The notes: generated by a model from the letters alone, not told the origin. A stretch of 64,000 bases of DNA from an uncultured Planctomycetota bacterium (GCA_963823665.1 CAWGMQ010000003.1:736001-800000); one strand, 5' to 3'. Counted from the stretch's first letter, positions 31,847 through 42,582 are shown. Numbers and translations: made by a program.

Positions 31847-32101
31847 TCAGTTGCAGAGTCCCGTCTCGACTTGCGACTGCCAATCGTCTTCCGCCAGAAT
31901 CACTTGCTGGCCCGCAGGTTTGATCGTTTCAATGGAATCAGAAATCGATGCCGCCTTCTTGCTCAATGATTCCAGAGCGACGGCTCGCTTGATCGCACAT
32001 TGAGGATGAATGCCAGCCAGCGAATAGACTGAATGAAGGCAGACTGGACAGCGTCTCCGATCGGGATCAAATATCGGAGTGTGCCGGTACTTGGGAAACA
32101 T
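31847..32101 (-). CDS. Small putative zinc-binding protein
   Basis: CPVC...HPQC motif; GAGGA upstream of the ATG. Confidence 0.65.
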   Translation of the reverse strand: MFPKYRHTPIFDPDRRRCPVCLHSVYSLAGIHPQCAIKRAVALESLSKKAASISDSIETIKPAGQQVILAEDDWQSQVETGLCN

Positions 32102-32539
32102 CTCATCCTCTTGGTGTGACTGGAGCGAGAACTGTGAGAGGAACTTCGATGGTTAGCCAAAACAGGCGATGTGAGACGGAGGAATTTCACCGCTCACCTG
32201 GATCGAGGGAGTCGAAGACAGGGGCCTTCTTTGGCTCCTCGGCCGGATGTAGCAAGGGGCCTGGCTATGGCTCCCTGACTGGTACAGGATTCAAGCCACA
32301 CTTGGCATTGGGCTGAGTCGCTTTTGACCAAGCGGCTGCCAGGAGAATCGAAAAAGAGCTTGTCCAGTGGTGGGATCGGTTGCTTCGAGATCAGTGACTT
32401 CGGTTAGCGAGACGCAGACCGAATCCCCACACTGCTGCGCTCGGATATAGACGAGGAACGCACGCCCTTGGGTGGCGCTCTCCAGATGTCCAAAAGTGGG
32501 GCTGATTTCCCGTTTGGGCTCGCTTGCTTTCGAGACGGA

Positions 32540-32881
32540 TTAGCGGATCACGCCTTTGACCAGCTTGGAAAGCCGATAGCCGGTGTCGGTAAGGGCATAG
32601 AAATTGTTCTTGCCCTGGCGGCGACGATCGACGATTCCCCCATGCCGCAACAGCGCCAGGTGGTGGCTCACCGCAGGCTGGCTCATGTTAAACTGGTCGC
32701 ACAGCGCCCCGACATGGTGCTCACATTCGGAGAGCAGGGTGATGACCTGGAGTCGGGTCGGGTCGCTAACTTGCTTGAGCAGATTAGCTGCCCGCTGAAA
32801 GGTCTTTGTACGCAGCAGCGTCTCGTTCGTAGCCAGTGCAGACTTCGTCGCCTTCTTCATCTTAAGGGTTGCCGTTGTCAT
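32540..32881 (-). CDS. ArsR/SmtB family transcription factor
   Basis: VSDPTRLQVI, SQPAVSHHLALLR, RRQGKNNFY. Confidence 0.92.
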   Translation of the reverse strand: MTTATLKMKKATKSALATNETLLRTKTFQRAANLLKQVSDPTRLQVITLLSECEHHVGALCDQFNMSQPAVSHHLALLRHGGIVDRRRQGKNNFYALTDTGYRLSKLVKGVIR

Positions 32882-33440
32882 CGGAGTCTATCTCCAAAGG
32901 GCTGTGACGGGATGGAGGCAGGACAATACATCACCCTGTCCGCATACTGTCTGAGGTGGAAGCGAGGAGGAGAGGATCGTAAAGAGCACCGGCACCAGGC
33001 GATTCAGCATTCCGGTGTCAAAACCTGCCCGCCAACTTGTCTCTCATTATACTATTGTAATGGTCTGACATAGTCAATTTAAAACTATTTGCATTTACTG
33101 ACTTTGTATGGGTTTATTCTATGACGACCCGGTTGGCAGCTCGCCGGAGGTGGGCACCAGCACCCACGGCTTCGGACCCGGTGCGGCGACCCGCTACCTG
33201 AACGATGTGATCACCCTCCAATTCAGTGTGCCCTCGATGGGAGGGATGATTTGCGAGTCCGGGCATTCACGGTCCGTTGCCGGCGGTCGGCATGAACTCA
33301 TCCACGGGAGCTCGTCATTTCGAGAAATACGCCGTAACGTTGCCGCTCATGTCCGTCAAGCAGGTCCGTCCATCCAACGATCGGCGACTCCAGTCTCGTT
33401 CGTTGTGATTCAAACTCCCTTCTGGCGATAACATCCCCGA

Positions 33441-33606
33441 TTACGACCAACCACCGGTGCGGCGGCTCATCCGCTGAATCAGCTTCCTTTGGGAGCGGTA
33501 CGGAGACGAACACGTCGCCGCTGCTGTCGATGCAAGGCATCTGGAATAGCCAGGACTCATAGCCCACGAGACGGGGTGGGAGTTCCGTTTCCCAAGAATC
33601 TGCCAT
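33441..33606 (-). pseudogene. PP2C/SpoIIE-like phosphatase N-terminal fragment
   Basis: LPPRLVGYE...SSGDVF...LVVIGDV then stop. Confidence 0.45.
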
Positions 33607-33782
33607 GAATCTGGTCCTTCACCAAAAGATTGGGCGGATTTCGTAGGGCGTCGTTCGTCGATCGGGAACTGCTCGCCAATTATCTCAAACTTGTTGATCG
33701 TTGACGACGACTGATTGAGCACAAGAGAATCGTGGAAAGGCTTGGGGGTTGCTGCCCCACTTGGATCGAGAGTCGGGGATTC

Positions 33783-34010
33783 ATGTCGAATCGAAGATCT
33801 CCAGGCGAGGAGCTACTCGAAGTTAGCCCTTACCTGCGAAAATGGCTGAACACCTGCGGAGCGTGCTGCCATGTCGGACACAAGCCAGATTGTCCCGACA
33901 CGGGTCCTGTCTATTGGAAACTCAAGCGTTGCTTCCCGCTTCTCGAATTGAATCAAGTGGGATTGTGTCCAACATGTGAACAGATGCCACAAACGCCCCG
34001 AGACTTTTGA
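33783..34010 (+). CDS. Small Cys-rich putative zinc-finger protein
   Basis: CGACCH...CPTC motifs; GGGGA upstream. Confidence 0.55.
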   Translation: MSNRRSPGEELLEVSPYLRKWLNTCGACCHVGHKPDCPDTGPVYWKLKRCFPLLELNQVGLCPTCEQMPQTPRDF

Positions 34011-34303
34011 AGTCATCATCTCGTTCGCACGTTCCGTTTGCAGGCCATCCTGTCATTGAGTGGCGAATAGGAGTTGCGTGATGGATGCGTCCCCCCCGAA
34101 ATTGCCGTCATGCCGTCAGCGCCTTACTGGGACTAGACTTACGTCTGACGGCGCCTTTTGGCCATAAAATGCTAATCGACTCATATCTTTTCGTACATGA
34201 GATTTACGCCTGACGGCACTTGTGTCGGATCCGCGATTTTCCGGTCCCCTCGATCCCCGTTGGCTCGAAACGCATCGGATGCCTCCGCTAATGGGTGGCA
34301 GTA

Positions 34304-34368
34304 CGTAGGGTGGGTGCAACCCACCGGTCGTAATACGATATGGGATGGTGGGTTACACCCACCCTACG
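34304..34368. repeat. GTAG-family REP doublet (REPIN-like)
   Basis: CGTAGGGTGGGTGCAACCCACC ... GGTGGGTTACACCCACCCTACG, 21/22 inverted. Confidence 0.9.
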
Positions 34369-34655
34369 ACGGGACCGGCGGGTCGGTCGCGCCTCGAATG
34401 GCGTCGAGGAGTGTTACCCGCGCTTGAACCACGCCGAAAAAGTGGCAGTGTTACGATCCCTCTCCAACATCCGTACACTAGTGTAAACCGGCCGCCTTCT
34501 GAATCCCGATCTTGATCTGAATTCAGTCCGCACCGCGCGCCGGCGCAGGCACCGAAAGGCCGACGCTCCTGTCGGCACACCCCCCGTTTCCCGCGCCAAC
34601 CGGCCGCTGCGTCCTAAGGGCCGACACTCCCGTCGGCCACGGCCCGGCCATGTCC

Positions 34656-34702
34656 CGCCCCAACGGGGCGCAGGTCAAGAGCGAGGGGCTTCGAGCCCCT
34701 GG
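34656..34702. repeat. Two-hairpin REP-like element
   Basis: CGCCCCAACGGGGCG and AGGGGCTTCGAGCCCCT. Confidence 0.65.
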
Positions 34703-34830
34703 AACACTTCCCTCGGTAATGAATGAATTCCTCCAATCTCCGCGTGTGCCTCCAGAACGCAGGCCGTGGCATGCACCACCTCCCAGCGGTGCAAAGCGCC
34801 GCCGCACTGCGCACCCCCTCATCCACAATA

Positions 34831-34910
34831 TATGCGGCGAGCTTGCAGATTCCGCCGGCGTTCGACCGGGAGATTTCCAGAAAGATTCCGGGTTCCAACG
34901 ATCCGACCGA
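34831..34910 (+). repeat. 80-bp dispersed intergenic repeat, copy A
   Basis: 65/80 ungapped identity by hand count to the reverse complement of 58969-59048. Confidence 0.85.
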
Positions 34911-35009
34911 TTCATGGACAATATTCATTCTTTATGCGCGCGCGGCGCGAACGGAAGACCCGCGCCAGCGCGCGTCTCGCGGTGAGACGGAACCCGGTCG
35001 GGTTCGGAA

Positions 35010-35288
35010 TCACTCCTCGGGCCGCCTCAAAACCCGCCCGGTCGCCAGCGCAATCGACGAGACAACCCATCGCCCGGCCGACTCTTCCTCGGCGTCGGCC
35101 TCGAATCCTTTGCCGGCAACATGATCCGGGTCGAGCGAACCATCGCCGAGCAATAGATCGTACGGGACCACCAGAGTGCGCGGCTGGCCTGCCCCGACCC
35201 CTTGCACCTTGAGCGTCATCTCGATGCGGTCCGAGCCGGGCGGGTTCTCTTCGAGCGTCCCGGACCGTACAATTCCCTTGATCTGCAC
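35010..35288 (-). CDS. Small beta-rich hypothetical protein
   Basis: 92-aa ORF with GTG start, AGGGA RBS and protein-like composition. Confidence 0.65.
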   Translation of the reverse strand: MQIKGIVRSGTLEENPPGSDRIEMTLKVQGVGAGQPRTLVVPYDLLLGDGSLDPDHVAGKGFEADAEEESAGRWVVSSIALATGRVLRRPEE

Positions 35289-35498
35289 AATGTGTCCCTG
35301 CCGGCGATGGAGTGATCGAACTTATCGTCACAGGCGATCCGCAAAAAGTCGTTCAACCATTCCATCATGGCGTCCTTGATCGCAGAATGTCAGTGGGTCG
35401 CGTGTTGTGCAGTGAGTGCTTGACGGGTCGCCGATCCGATCGCGCGACCTCGGCGATTGTGCCGTCGCGTGAAGGAGTCTCTGGAAACCGCCCCCTCG

Positions 35499-36350
35499 AT
35501 GTTGCCCCGAACCAAGATTGCGCGCCTGGACGCACCCATCGTGCTGGCCCATGGCCTGTTCGGCTTCACCCGGATCGGCCTTGGCCCCGTCACGCTCACT
35601 CCGTACTTTCGGACGATTCCCGACGTTCTGATCTCGGCGGGCAACCGCGTGCTCATCACGCGCGTGCCGTCCATCGCGGGAGTCGAGCGGCGTGCCGCGC
35701 GCCTCGGCGAGCAGATCCTGAAGGCGTTCCCCGACGAGCCGGTCCACGTGATCGGCCACAGCATGGGCGGTCTCGACGCACGCCGTCTGCTGGCAAACCC
35801 AGTCTGGCAGCGGCGCATCAAAAGCCTCTCGACCATCGGCACGCCCCACCAGGGAACCGCTCTGGCCGACTTCGCCAAGCTGCGGGTCGGCCGCATCTTC
35901 CGCTTGCTGAGCTCGATGGGAATCGATCCCCAGGGCTGCCTCGACATCACCCGCCGCGCCGCTCGGCGATTCAATCGCAAGTACCCTGCACCTCGGGACC
36001 TCCCGTGCTTCTCGGTTGCCGGCACCCCGACTCCCGAAACGGTATGCTGGCCCCTCACCCGCACTTTCGCGGCACTCTCGGAGCTCGAAGGGCCCAACGA
36101 TGGCTTGGTCCCCGTCGACTCGGCACTTGCCTTCGGCACTCCCCTGCCCCACTGGCCCGTCGATCACCTCCGCCAGATGAACTGGATGGAACGCGACGAA
36201 TCTCACCGCCCGCTCGCACCCGCCGATCGAGCTCTACGCCCACCTGGTCGCTCATCTCGCATCGCTGGGATTCGAAAGCAGGTTCCTCTGCGCCCCTGCC
36301 CTGAACGAGCAGAACGAATCAGCCGAAGGGGACGCCCCGGAGGATCATGA
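35499..36350 (+). CDS. Lipase/esterase, alpha/beta hydrolase; C-terminus probably frameshifted
   Basis: LAHGLFG, GHSMGG, IGTPHQG, NDGLV, DH. Confidence 0.88.
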   Translation: MLPRTKIARLDAPIVLAHGLFGFTRIGLGPVTLTPYFRTIPDVLISAGNRVLITRVPSIAGVERRAARLGEQILKAFPDEPVHVIGHSMGGLDARRLLANPVWQRRIKSLSTIGTPHQGTALADFAKLRVGRIFRLLSSMGIDPQGCLDITRRAARRFNRKYPAPRDLPCFSVAGTPTPETVCWPLTRTFAALSELEGPNDGLVPVDSALAFGTPLPHWPVDHLRQMNWMERDESHRPLAPADRALRPPGRSSRIAGIRKQVPLRPCPERAERISRRGRPGGS

Positions 36351-37875
36351 TGCCGTCGGAACGAGACTGGACTCGCCGCGATGTTCTGAAGAGCCGCCAC
36401 GGCGGGCGGGCTGGCCTGCGGCCGTGAGTGCCGGGAACGGCGCAGCCAGCGAGCCTGCCACGGCTGATCCCGAGCGAATCCGCCGCGAGAACGAACACCC
36501 GGGCACCCGGGAGTGGATGACGACCAACGTCCGCATCGATCCGGCCACGAAGTATCGCAGCCCATGGATCGAAGGCTATGTCTCGAGGACGAGCGTCCGG
36601 CCCGGCGAAACGCTCTCTGTTCATGTCAGCACTAATCCTGCATCGCCGTTCATGCTCGAGATCTATCGGCTCGGTTACTACCAGGGGCACGGCGGACGCT
36701 TCATGATGAAGGTCGGGCCGTTCAAGGGAACGGTGCAGCCCGACCCGCCCGTTGGGCCCAAGCGGCTGCGCGAGTGCACATGGGCCCCGTGCACGTCGAT
36801 CACGATCCCCGCCGATTGGACGAGCGGCGTTTACCTGGGCAAGCTGACGGCCGAGCGCGAAAAGCTCCAGAGCTACGTGATCTTCGTCGTCCGCGACGAT
36901 CGCCAGGCCGACTTTCTCTTCCAGGTCTCTGACACGACATGGAACGCTTACAACCGCTGGCCCAGCCAGTATTCGCTCTACGATGACGGCAAGAAGGTCT
37001 GGTACTGGGGCCCGAACGTTCAGACGAGCTTTGATCGTCCGTACGGCAAGTATTGCCAGATCGTCGATGCTCCGCTTTCCGTCGGCTCGGGCGAATTCCT
37101 GCTCTGGGAATTTCCGCTGGCTTACTGGATGGAGCAACACGGATACGACGTCACGTACATCTCGAATCTCGACACGCACTCCGACCCGCGAGGCCTCACG
37201 CGTGCCAAGGGATGGCTCTCCGTGGGCCATGACGAGTACTGGTCGCTCGCGATGTTCGAGACGATGATGCAGATGGTGTCAAAGGGATTGAACCTGGCCT
37301 TTCTGTCCGGTAACAGCATTTGCGGCGTGATCGACGTGAGCCCGTCCGAGGACGGTCGCCCCGGCCGTATTATCGAGCGCGTTGGCCGCTATGGCTCACC
37401 GCAAAAGGTCGAGATCGAGAACGGTTTTCCCGAGGAAGCCCTGTTCACCAAGAATGGACCGAACGAAGCGACGCTCATGGGTGCCCGCAGCACGTGGCCG
37501 ACCACCGGCGGCGGCGACTGGACTTGCCGCAAGCCCGGCCACTGGCTCTTCGCCGACACAGGCATGAAGGAAGGCGATGGCATCCCCGGCCTGGTCGGAT
37601 GGGAATGGCATGGCGACCCCGCCCGGATTCCGGGTCTCGAGATCGTTGCCAGCGGCAAGACCACGAGCCCGCGCGACGAAGGGCTCTACACCGCCACGAT
37701 TTACCCTGGGCCCAAGGGCAACTTCGTCTTCAACGCCGCAACGATCTGGTGGTCCGACGGCCTCTCCGAGCCGCCAGGTTATATCCGTCCCGCTGTTTAC
37801 ACCCGTCCCCACGGCCCCGACAAGCGCGTCCAGCAAATCACAAGGAACCTGCTTGAGCGCATGCGAAACGCCTGA
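36347..37875 (+). CDS. N,N-dimethylformamidase beta-subunit-like protein with Tat signal; frameshift near 36395
   Basis: TRRDVLK Tat motif in the upstream frame; EIYRLGYY, TWNAYN, SFDRPY, SVGHDEYWS. Confidence 0.82.
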
Positions 37876-37915
37876 TCGAGCGCCCGGTGTCGCCGTATGC
37901 TCGGTTACGGGGCGC

Positions 37916-40018
37916 TCAGCTTACAGATCCGCCCGGCGCGCCTTCGATCGTTACCGCGCCCTTGTCGAGCACCGCAACGGCCGTGCCACCCGGCTGGCCG
38001 TCCTGATTGCCGTCAATCAACCGGCCTTCGGCGTCCTGTAGCCCTGATGGCGAATTCCCGTTGATCGTGAGCATGATCGGCCTTTTCAACTCGAATGGAG
38101 TCCTTGGAATGAGGGTCACCGTGTCGGGCTCGCTGGCAGCGAAATAATCCACGTTGCTCACTTTGATCACTGCCGCATTCTTGCCGGCGAAAGATCCGTT
38201 ATTTGCTCCCATCACCAAGCGGTACAGCCCCCTGTCCGGCGCAAGGCTGGCGTCGAGGCCGCTGCTGAAAGTCAAGATGATCTCCGAGACCTTGTGCCTT
38301 TTGATAATTGGAACGACATTGGTCAATGTGACAGGCGGCGGGTCCACCGCGAGCGTGGTCGCGCCGGTGAGTCCCTGATAGGTGGCGCTGATCGAGGACG
38401 GCCCCGCCGTGTTCCCACTCGCGAGTCCCGCCGGCGAGATCGTCGCCACCGATGGATTGGCCGACGCCCAGGATACGAGGCTCGTCAGGTTCTGAGTCGA
38501 GCCGTCCGAATACAGTCCGGATGCAGTGAGCTGATCGGCCGTGCCCTCGAGGATGCTCGGGGCCGCCGGAGTGATCAGGATCGACTCCAGGACCGCAGGC
38601 GTGACCGTCAACGACGTCGAGCCAGTCACCCCCTCGAACGTCGCGCTGATCGACGACGTGCCGGTCGCAAGCGCCGGCGCGGAGCCAATCGATCCGGATG
38701 TGTTCGAGATCGTCGCCGTCGCGGTGTTTGTCGAGGACCATGTCATGTCATTCGTGAGGTTTTGAGTCGAGCCGTCGGCGAACGTGCCGGTCGCCGTGAA
38801 CTGCTGCGTTTCCCCCTTCGGAACGTCCGGATTGGCCGGAGTAATCGCGATCGACTCCAGCTCGGGCGTGACCTCCAGCGTCGCGCTACCCGTGATTCCG
38901 TCCACGGCGGCGCTGATCGTGGAGCTTCCCTTTGCCACGCCCGTGGCGAGTCCTTGCGAGCCGGATGTATTGGAAATGCTCGCCACCGAGGCTGCGCCGG
39001 ATGCCCAGTTCACCGCCGTCGTCAAGTTCTGGGTCGTGTTGTCCGTGAACGTGCCCGTGACGCTGAATTGCTCCGTGCCTCCGACCTCGATCAACGGATC
39101 AGCCGGCGTGATTGCCAGGGATTTGAGCACGGCGGAGCCGACGGTGAGCGCCGTGGAGCCGGTCACCCCGTCGATCGTGGCGCTGATCGTGGTCGTTCCC
39201 AGTCCCACACCGGTGGCCACGCCTTGTGACCCCGAAGCACCGGAGACCGTCGCCACCGAGGGCGCACTGGATGACCAGCTAACCTGGCTGGTGAGGTTCT
39301 GTGTCGAGTTGTCGGTGAACGTCCCGATCGCAGTCAACGCATCGGTCGCCCCGTTCGGAACGCTGGAGCTCGCCGGTGTGACGGAAATCGAAGCGAGGGT
39401 CACCGTCGCCGAGACGACGAACGGAGTACCGCCATCGTTGATGGGCGCTCCCGGATAAACGGCCGATGTCCCCACCGGCACGCCGGAGTAGATCTGCGAA
39501 TTCCCGTCGACTGTTGAGGGCGGGTCAGTGCTGATAAACGAAAAATTCAAGGAGCTTCCTGGCTGGATGTCATTGCTCGCACTGTTGGCGACGAATTGAA
39601 TACCGTAGCCGTCACTTCCGCCGCCGCTGGTTACCTGCGCGGTCCAGCCGGAGGGCGCGGTCACGGAAATGGGATAACTGGAAAGGTAATCCTGACCGGG
39701 CATCCATGCGTACCAGAATGATCCGATTGCCGAGCCGCTCTGACTCGAGTTCGTAAGAGCGATCGAGTAGTCATAGACGCCGGAACCCGCGGTATCACTG
39801 ATCACACCGCTCGCGATGATGTTGGTCCCCGACGTACTGCTACCCGATGAGTTGCTGTTCCCTCCGGTCGCAATGATGCTGGAAAGCAGCGCGCGCGATT
39901 CGAGCGATTCAACCCCCAGGAATCGAGCCGCTCTTCCCCGGCGCTGCCGGGTCAACCCGCCGGAGGCGATTGCCCCACGTACCTGGTCAATTCGTCTGCC
40001 GAGGTAAGCAAGAGGCAT
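37916..40018 (-). CDS. Ig-like (Big_2) repeat surface protein / adhesin
   Basis: ESLESRALLS export motif; four repeats of LxSIxITPA...QNLTxxVxWxS. Confidence 0.9.
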   Translation of the reverse strand: MPLAYLGRRIDQVRGAIASGGLTRQRRGRAARFLGVESLESRALLSSIIATGGNSNSSGSSTSGTNIIASGVISDTAGSGVYDYSIALTNSSQSGSAIGSFWYAWMPGQDYLSSYPISVTAPSGWTAQVTSGGGSDGYGIQFVANSASNDIQPGSSLNFSFISTDPPSTVDGNSQIYSGVPVGTSAVYPGAPINDGGTPFVVSATVTLASISVTPASSSVPNGATDALTAIGTFTDNSTQNLTSQVSWSSSAPSVATVSGASGSQGVATGVGLGTTTISATIDGVTGSTALTVGSAVLKSLAITPADPLIEVGGTEQFSVTGTFTDNTTQNLTTAVNWASGAASVASISNTSGSQGLATGVAKGSSTISAAVDGITGSATLEVTPELESIAITPANPDVPKGETQQFTATGTFADGSTQNLTNDMTWSSTNTATATISNTSGSIGSAPALATGTSSISATFEGVTGSTSLTVTPAVLESILITPAAPSILEGTADQLTASGLYSDGSTQNLTSLVSWASANPSVATISPAGLASGNTAGPSSISATYQGLTGATTLAVDPPPVTLTNVVPIIKRHKVSEIILTFSSGLDASLAPDRGLYRLVMGANNGSFAGKNAAVIKVSNVDYFAASEPDTVTLIPRTPFELKRPIMLTINGNSPSGLQDAEGRLIDGNQDGQPGGTAVAVLDKGAVTIEGAPGGSVS

Positions 40019-40436
40019 GACTTTATCCTGACTGAAGTGGGAAGCGCCTCCGCTTTTCGTTCGACCCCGCAGTAGGGGGCGCAGTCACAACCGTGTGGCG
40101 ACTGATTGACGGAAAGCTTGGCACCGCGAAGTGATGTTAGAAATGCACTCGGCCGAGGACGACGAGAGCTCTGCCGGTTGAACCGGCGCGGGCGGGATGT
40201 GTGTGGTCGGATGGTCCCTTCGAGTATCGCTTGGGCGCGAACCCGGGGCCATTCCGTTTTCGTGCATCGGTCGTCGCCCCGCCTTGACTTGAGTTTTCGC
40301 ATAACTTGACGAAGCGCTCGTCGAGCATCGAGGCGCGGCGCTCGCCCATCCTACCCGAATTGCCACCTCGATCGTTCCGAAATGGGGGGATCACCAACTC
40401 GACGTGGCGGCCTACGTTTCGATCGTCGCACCGGTC

Positions 40437-41276
40437 TTACTGAGAATCGCAACGGCGTTGCCACCCGGCTGGCCTTGGGGCCGCGCCGGAGCTGCGCCTT
40501 GCGAAAACGATCCATCCTCCTGCCCGAAACTGATGAGCCAGCCACGGCTTGGCGATCGGTGCCGCCGAGACCTCGTCGAGCGGAATGACTTTGTCTACGC
40601 GCAGCCCGGCGGAGCGTAGGTCACGCTTGAGCTCGCCCCATCGATAAAGGTGGACATACATGCTGTTGATTCCCCGATAATCCATGCGGCGATCGCCAGG
40701 TGAATCGCGGCGCGCGAGCACGTTCGCGGCATGACGCAGCAGCCAGCGCCGGCCCTGCGGATCCCGCAGGTTGAGCCATAGATTATGGACGTGCAGGGCG
40801 ATGCGGCCACCCGGCCGCAAAATCCGGCTCGCCTCCTCAATCGCCCGGCGCCGTGAAGCCCGACCGCGAATCATTCCGAGCGTGCTGAACATGGAAATGG
40901 CGTAGTCAAAGCACTGATCCGGCACGCATTGGAGCTGGCAGAGGTTGGCCTGAATGCGCAGCAGGTCGACCCCCGCTTCCCCGGCCTTCTTCCCGACGAC
41001 GTGTAGCATCGAGCGCGAAAGGTCGACTGCCGTGACCGAGAACCCGCGCTGCGCGAAGTGAATCGAGTGTCTGCCTGCACCGCACCCAAGATCGATGAGC
41101 CGTCCGGGCACGGTGAAGCACTCGTCGAGTGCGCGCCGGTCAGCCTGAAAGAGCGGGTGCCCTTCGAAATAAGCATCCTCGTCCGCGGCCAGTCGCGGCG
41201 TATGCGTGTATTGCCAGAGGGGCGCATCAACACCATCGGGCAATCGCCAGGCGGGAGGAATTCGTGCGAGGTTCAT
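40437..41276 (-). CDS. Class I SAM-dependent methyltransferase
   Basis: LIDLGCGAGR, VDLS, RILRPGG. Confidence 0.9.
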   Translation of the reverse strand: MNLARIPPAWRLPDGVDAPLWQYTHTPRLAADEDAYFEGHPLFQADRRALDECFTVPGRLIDLGCGAGRHSIHFAQRGFSVTAVDLSRSMLHVVGKKAGEAGVDLLRIQANLCQLQCVPDQCFDYAISMFSTLGMIRGRASRRRAIEEASRILRPGGRIALHVHNLWLNLRDPQGRRWLLRHAANVLARRDSPGDRRMDYRGINSMYVHLYRWGELKRDLRSAGLRVDKVIPLDEVSAAPIAKPWLAHQFRAGGWIVFARRSSGAAPRPAGWQRRCDSQ

Positions 41277-42461
41277 CTATCGCTTGAACTCAGGAATCGC
41301 TCTGATCATGAACTCATCGAACAAAGGCACCGTGAACGCGATGTCCCCATGTGCTGGGCTGCAGATCATACCTTTCTTGATTAGTTTCGCCCGCACGGGT
41401 CCAAGACTTGTGGCTTTGACACCGAGCGCATCGGCGACGTCTCCGGACCGCTGCGGTCCCGGTCCGAGTTCGGCAATCGCTCGCAGAAAGTTTTTCTCGC
41501 TCGGGGTAAGACGGTCGTAACGCACCCGAAAAAAATTCCGGTCCAGCCGTGGGATCACGGTCGCGGTTGCCTTTTTCACGATCGATTTCGTGATGGGGCT
41601 CGCGGCGGCGAGATTCCAGCTCTGATAGCCCCACTCTTGAACGAAATAAGGGTAACCCCGTGTCAGACGGAAGATCTCATCCAAAGCCGGCATCTCGAAG
41701 ACCACTCCAGCCTCGCGCGCAGGGTCGTCTAGAGCCTTCGCAGCGTCCCCCTGCGATAAAGCACCGATATCCGGAAAATTAAACAGTCGCTCTGCGTAAG
41801 ATTTTGACTCTCCCGCAAGCCCCGGAAGAATGGGCAGCCCGGCGCCCAGGAGCAGTAGCGGCAATTGTCGTTGTTGTACTCGGTGCATCGCCATGATCAG
41901 CGCACCAAGCTCCTTCTTGCTGAGATACTGAATCTCGTCGATGAAAAGCCCGACCGCACAGCTTCGATCCTCAGCCGCCTCGCCGACGGCGACAAAGAGA
42001 TTCGGGAGATCGACCTCCAGATCACCGCTATCCGCGGTTCCGCGCTCCGGATCGATATCCATTCCAATCGAAAAATCCTGCACCGTCACCTTCAGCGAAC
42101 CGATGAAGCCGCCAAGAACCGCCAGTCCCCGTTTCACCTTGTCTCCCACCCCCGCCATTCGATCCAGCTCGTACAGCAGCGTTCGCAACGGCGGGGCAAT
42201 GAGCGCACCCAGCGGCTTGTTCTCATATGCCTCCGTGGAGATCGTGCGGTAGCCATCGCTCTTTGCAATTCTTTCGATTTCATTGAGGAGCACCGTCTTA
42301 CCCACGCCGCGAAGACCGCAGAGAAGCATGCTCTTTTCCGGCCGCTTCTTCCTGACCCGACCCAGCAGGATGCGCGCTTGATCGAGCACCGGGTCGCGCC
42401 CAACGAGCTCCGGCGGTGGCGAACCAGCACCCGGAGAAAATGGATTCTTGATCGGGTCCAT
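41277..42461 (-). CDS. AAA/STAND-like ATP-binding protein with C-terminal winged helix
   Basis: NPFSPGAG, GLRGVGKT, FIDEIQ, TRGYPYFVQ, RAKLIKKGMI. Confidence 0.88.
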   Translation of the reverse strand: MDPIKNPFSPGAGSPPPELVGRDPVLDQARILLGRVRKKRPEKSMLLCGLRGVGKTVLLNEIERIAKSDGYRTISTEAYENKPLGALIAPPLRTLLYELDRMAGVGDKVKRGLAVLGGFIGSLKVTVQDFSIGMDIDPERGTADSGDLEVDLPNLFVAVGEAAEDRSCAVGLFIDEIQYLSKKELGALIMAMHRVQQRQLPLLLLGAGLPILPGLAGESKSYAERLFNFPDIGALSQGDAAKALDDPAREAGVVFEMPALDEIFRLTRGYPYFVQEWGYQSWNLAAASPITKSIVKKATATVIPRLDRNFFRVRYDRLTPSEKNFLRAIAELGPGPQRSGDVADALGVKATSLGPVRAKLIKKGMICSPAHGDIAFTVPLFDEFMIRAIPEFKR

Positions 42462-42469
42462 GACTTGTT

Positions 42470-42536
42470 TTATACCAAATTATTACCGATTATACCAAGT
42501 TATACACGGTTATACCGATTTCCCAGTATAATTGGG
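42470..42536. promoter_or_regulatory. Five phased 10-bp repeats plus TATAAT in a divergent promoter region
   Basis: TTATACCAAA TTATTACCGA TTATACCAAG TTATACACGG TTATACCGAT (42470-42519); TATAAT at 42527. Confidence 0.7.
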
Positions 42537-42582
42537 TATACTTGCCCTGTCGAGTTTTTCCAATCCTGTGAGGCCACACCGT

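Noticed and set aside
34723..35124. ORFs sharing AFDREISRK with 58965-59204 as a protein family
   Set aside because: Similarity is limited to the 80-bp DNA repeat and the flanks are unrelated; treated as non-coding, though not excluded.
40020..40430. Riboswitch upstream of the Ig-repeat adhesin
   Set aside because: Only short GC hairpins; no c-di-GMP or other consensus recognised.
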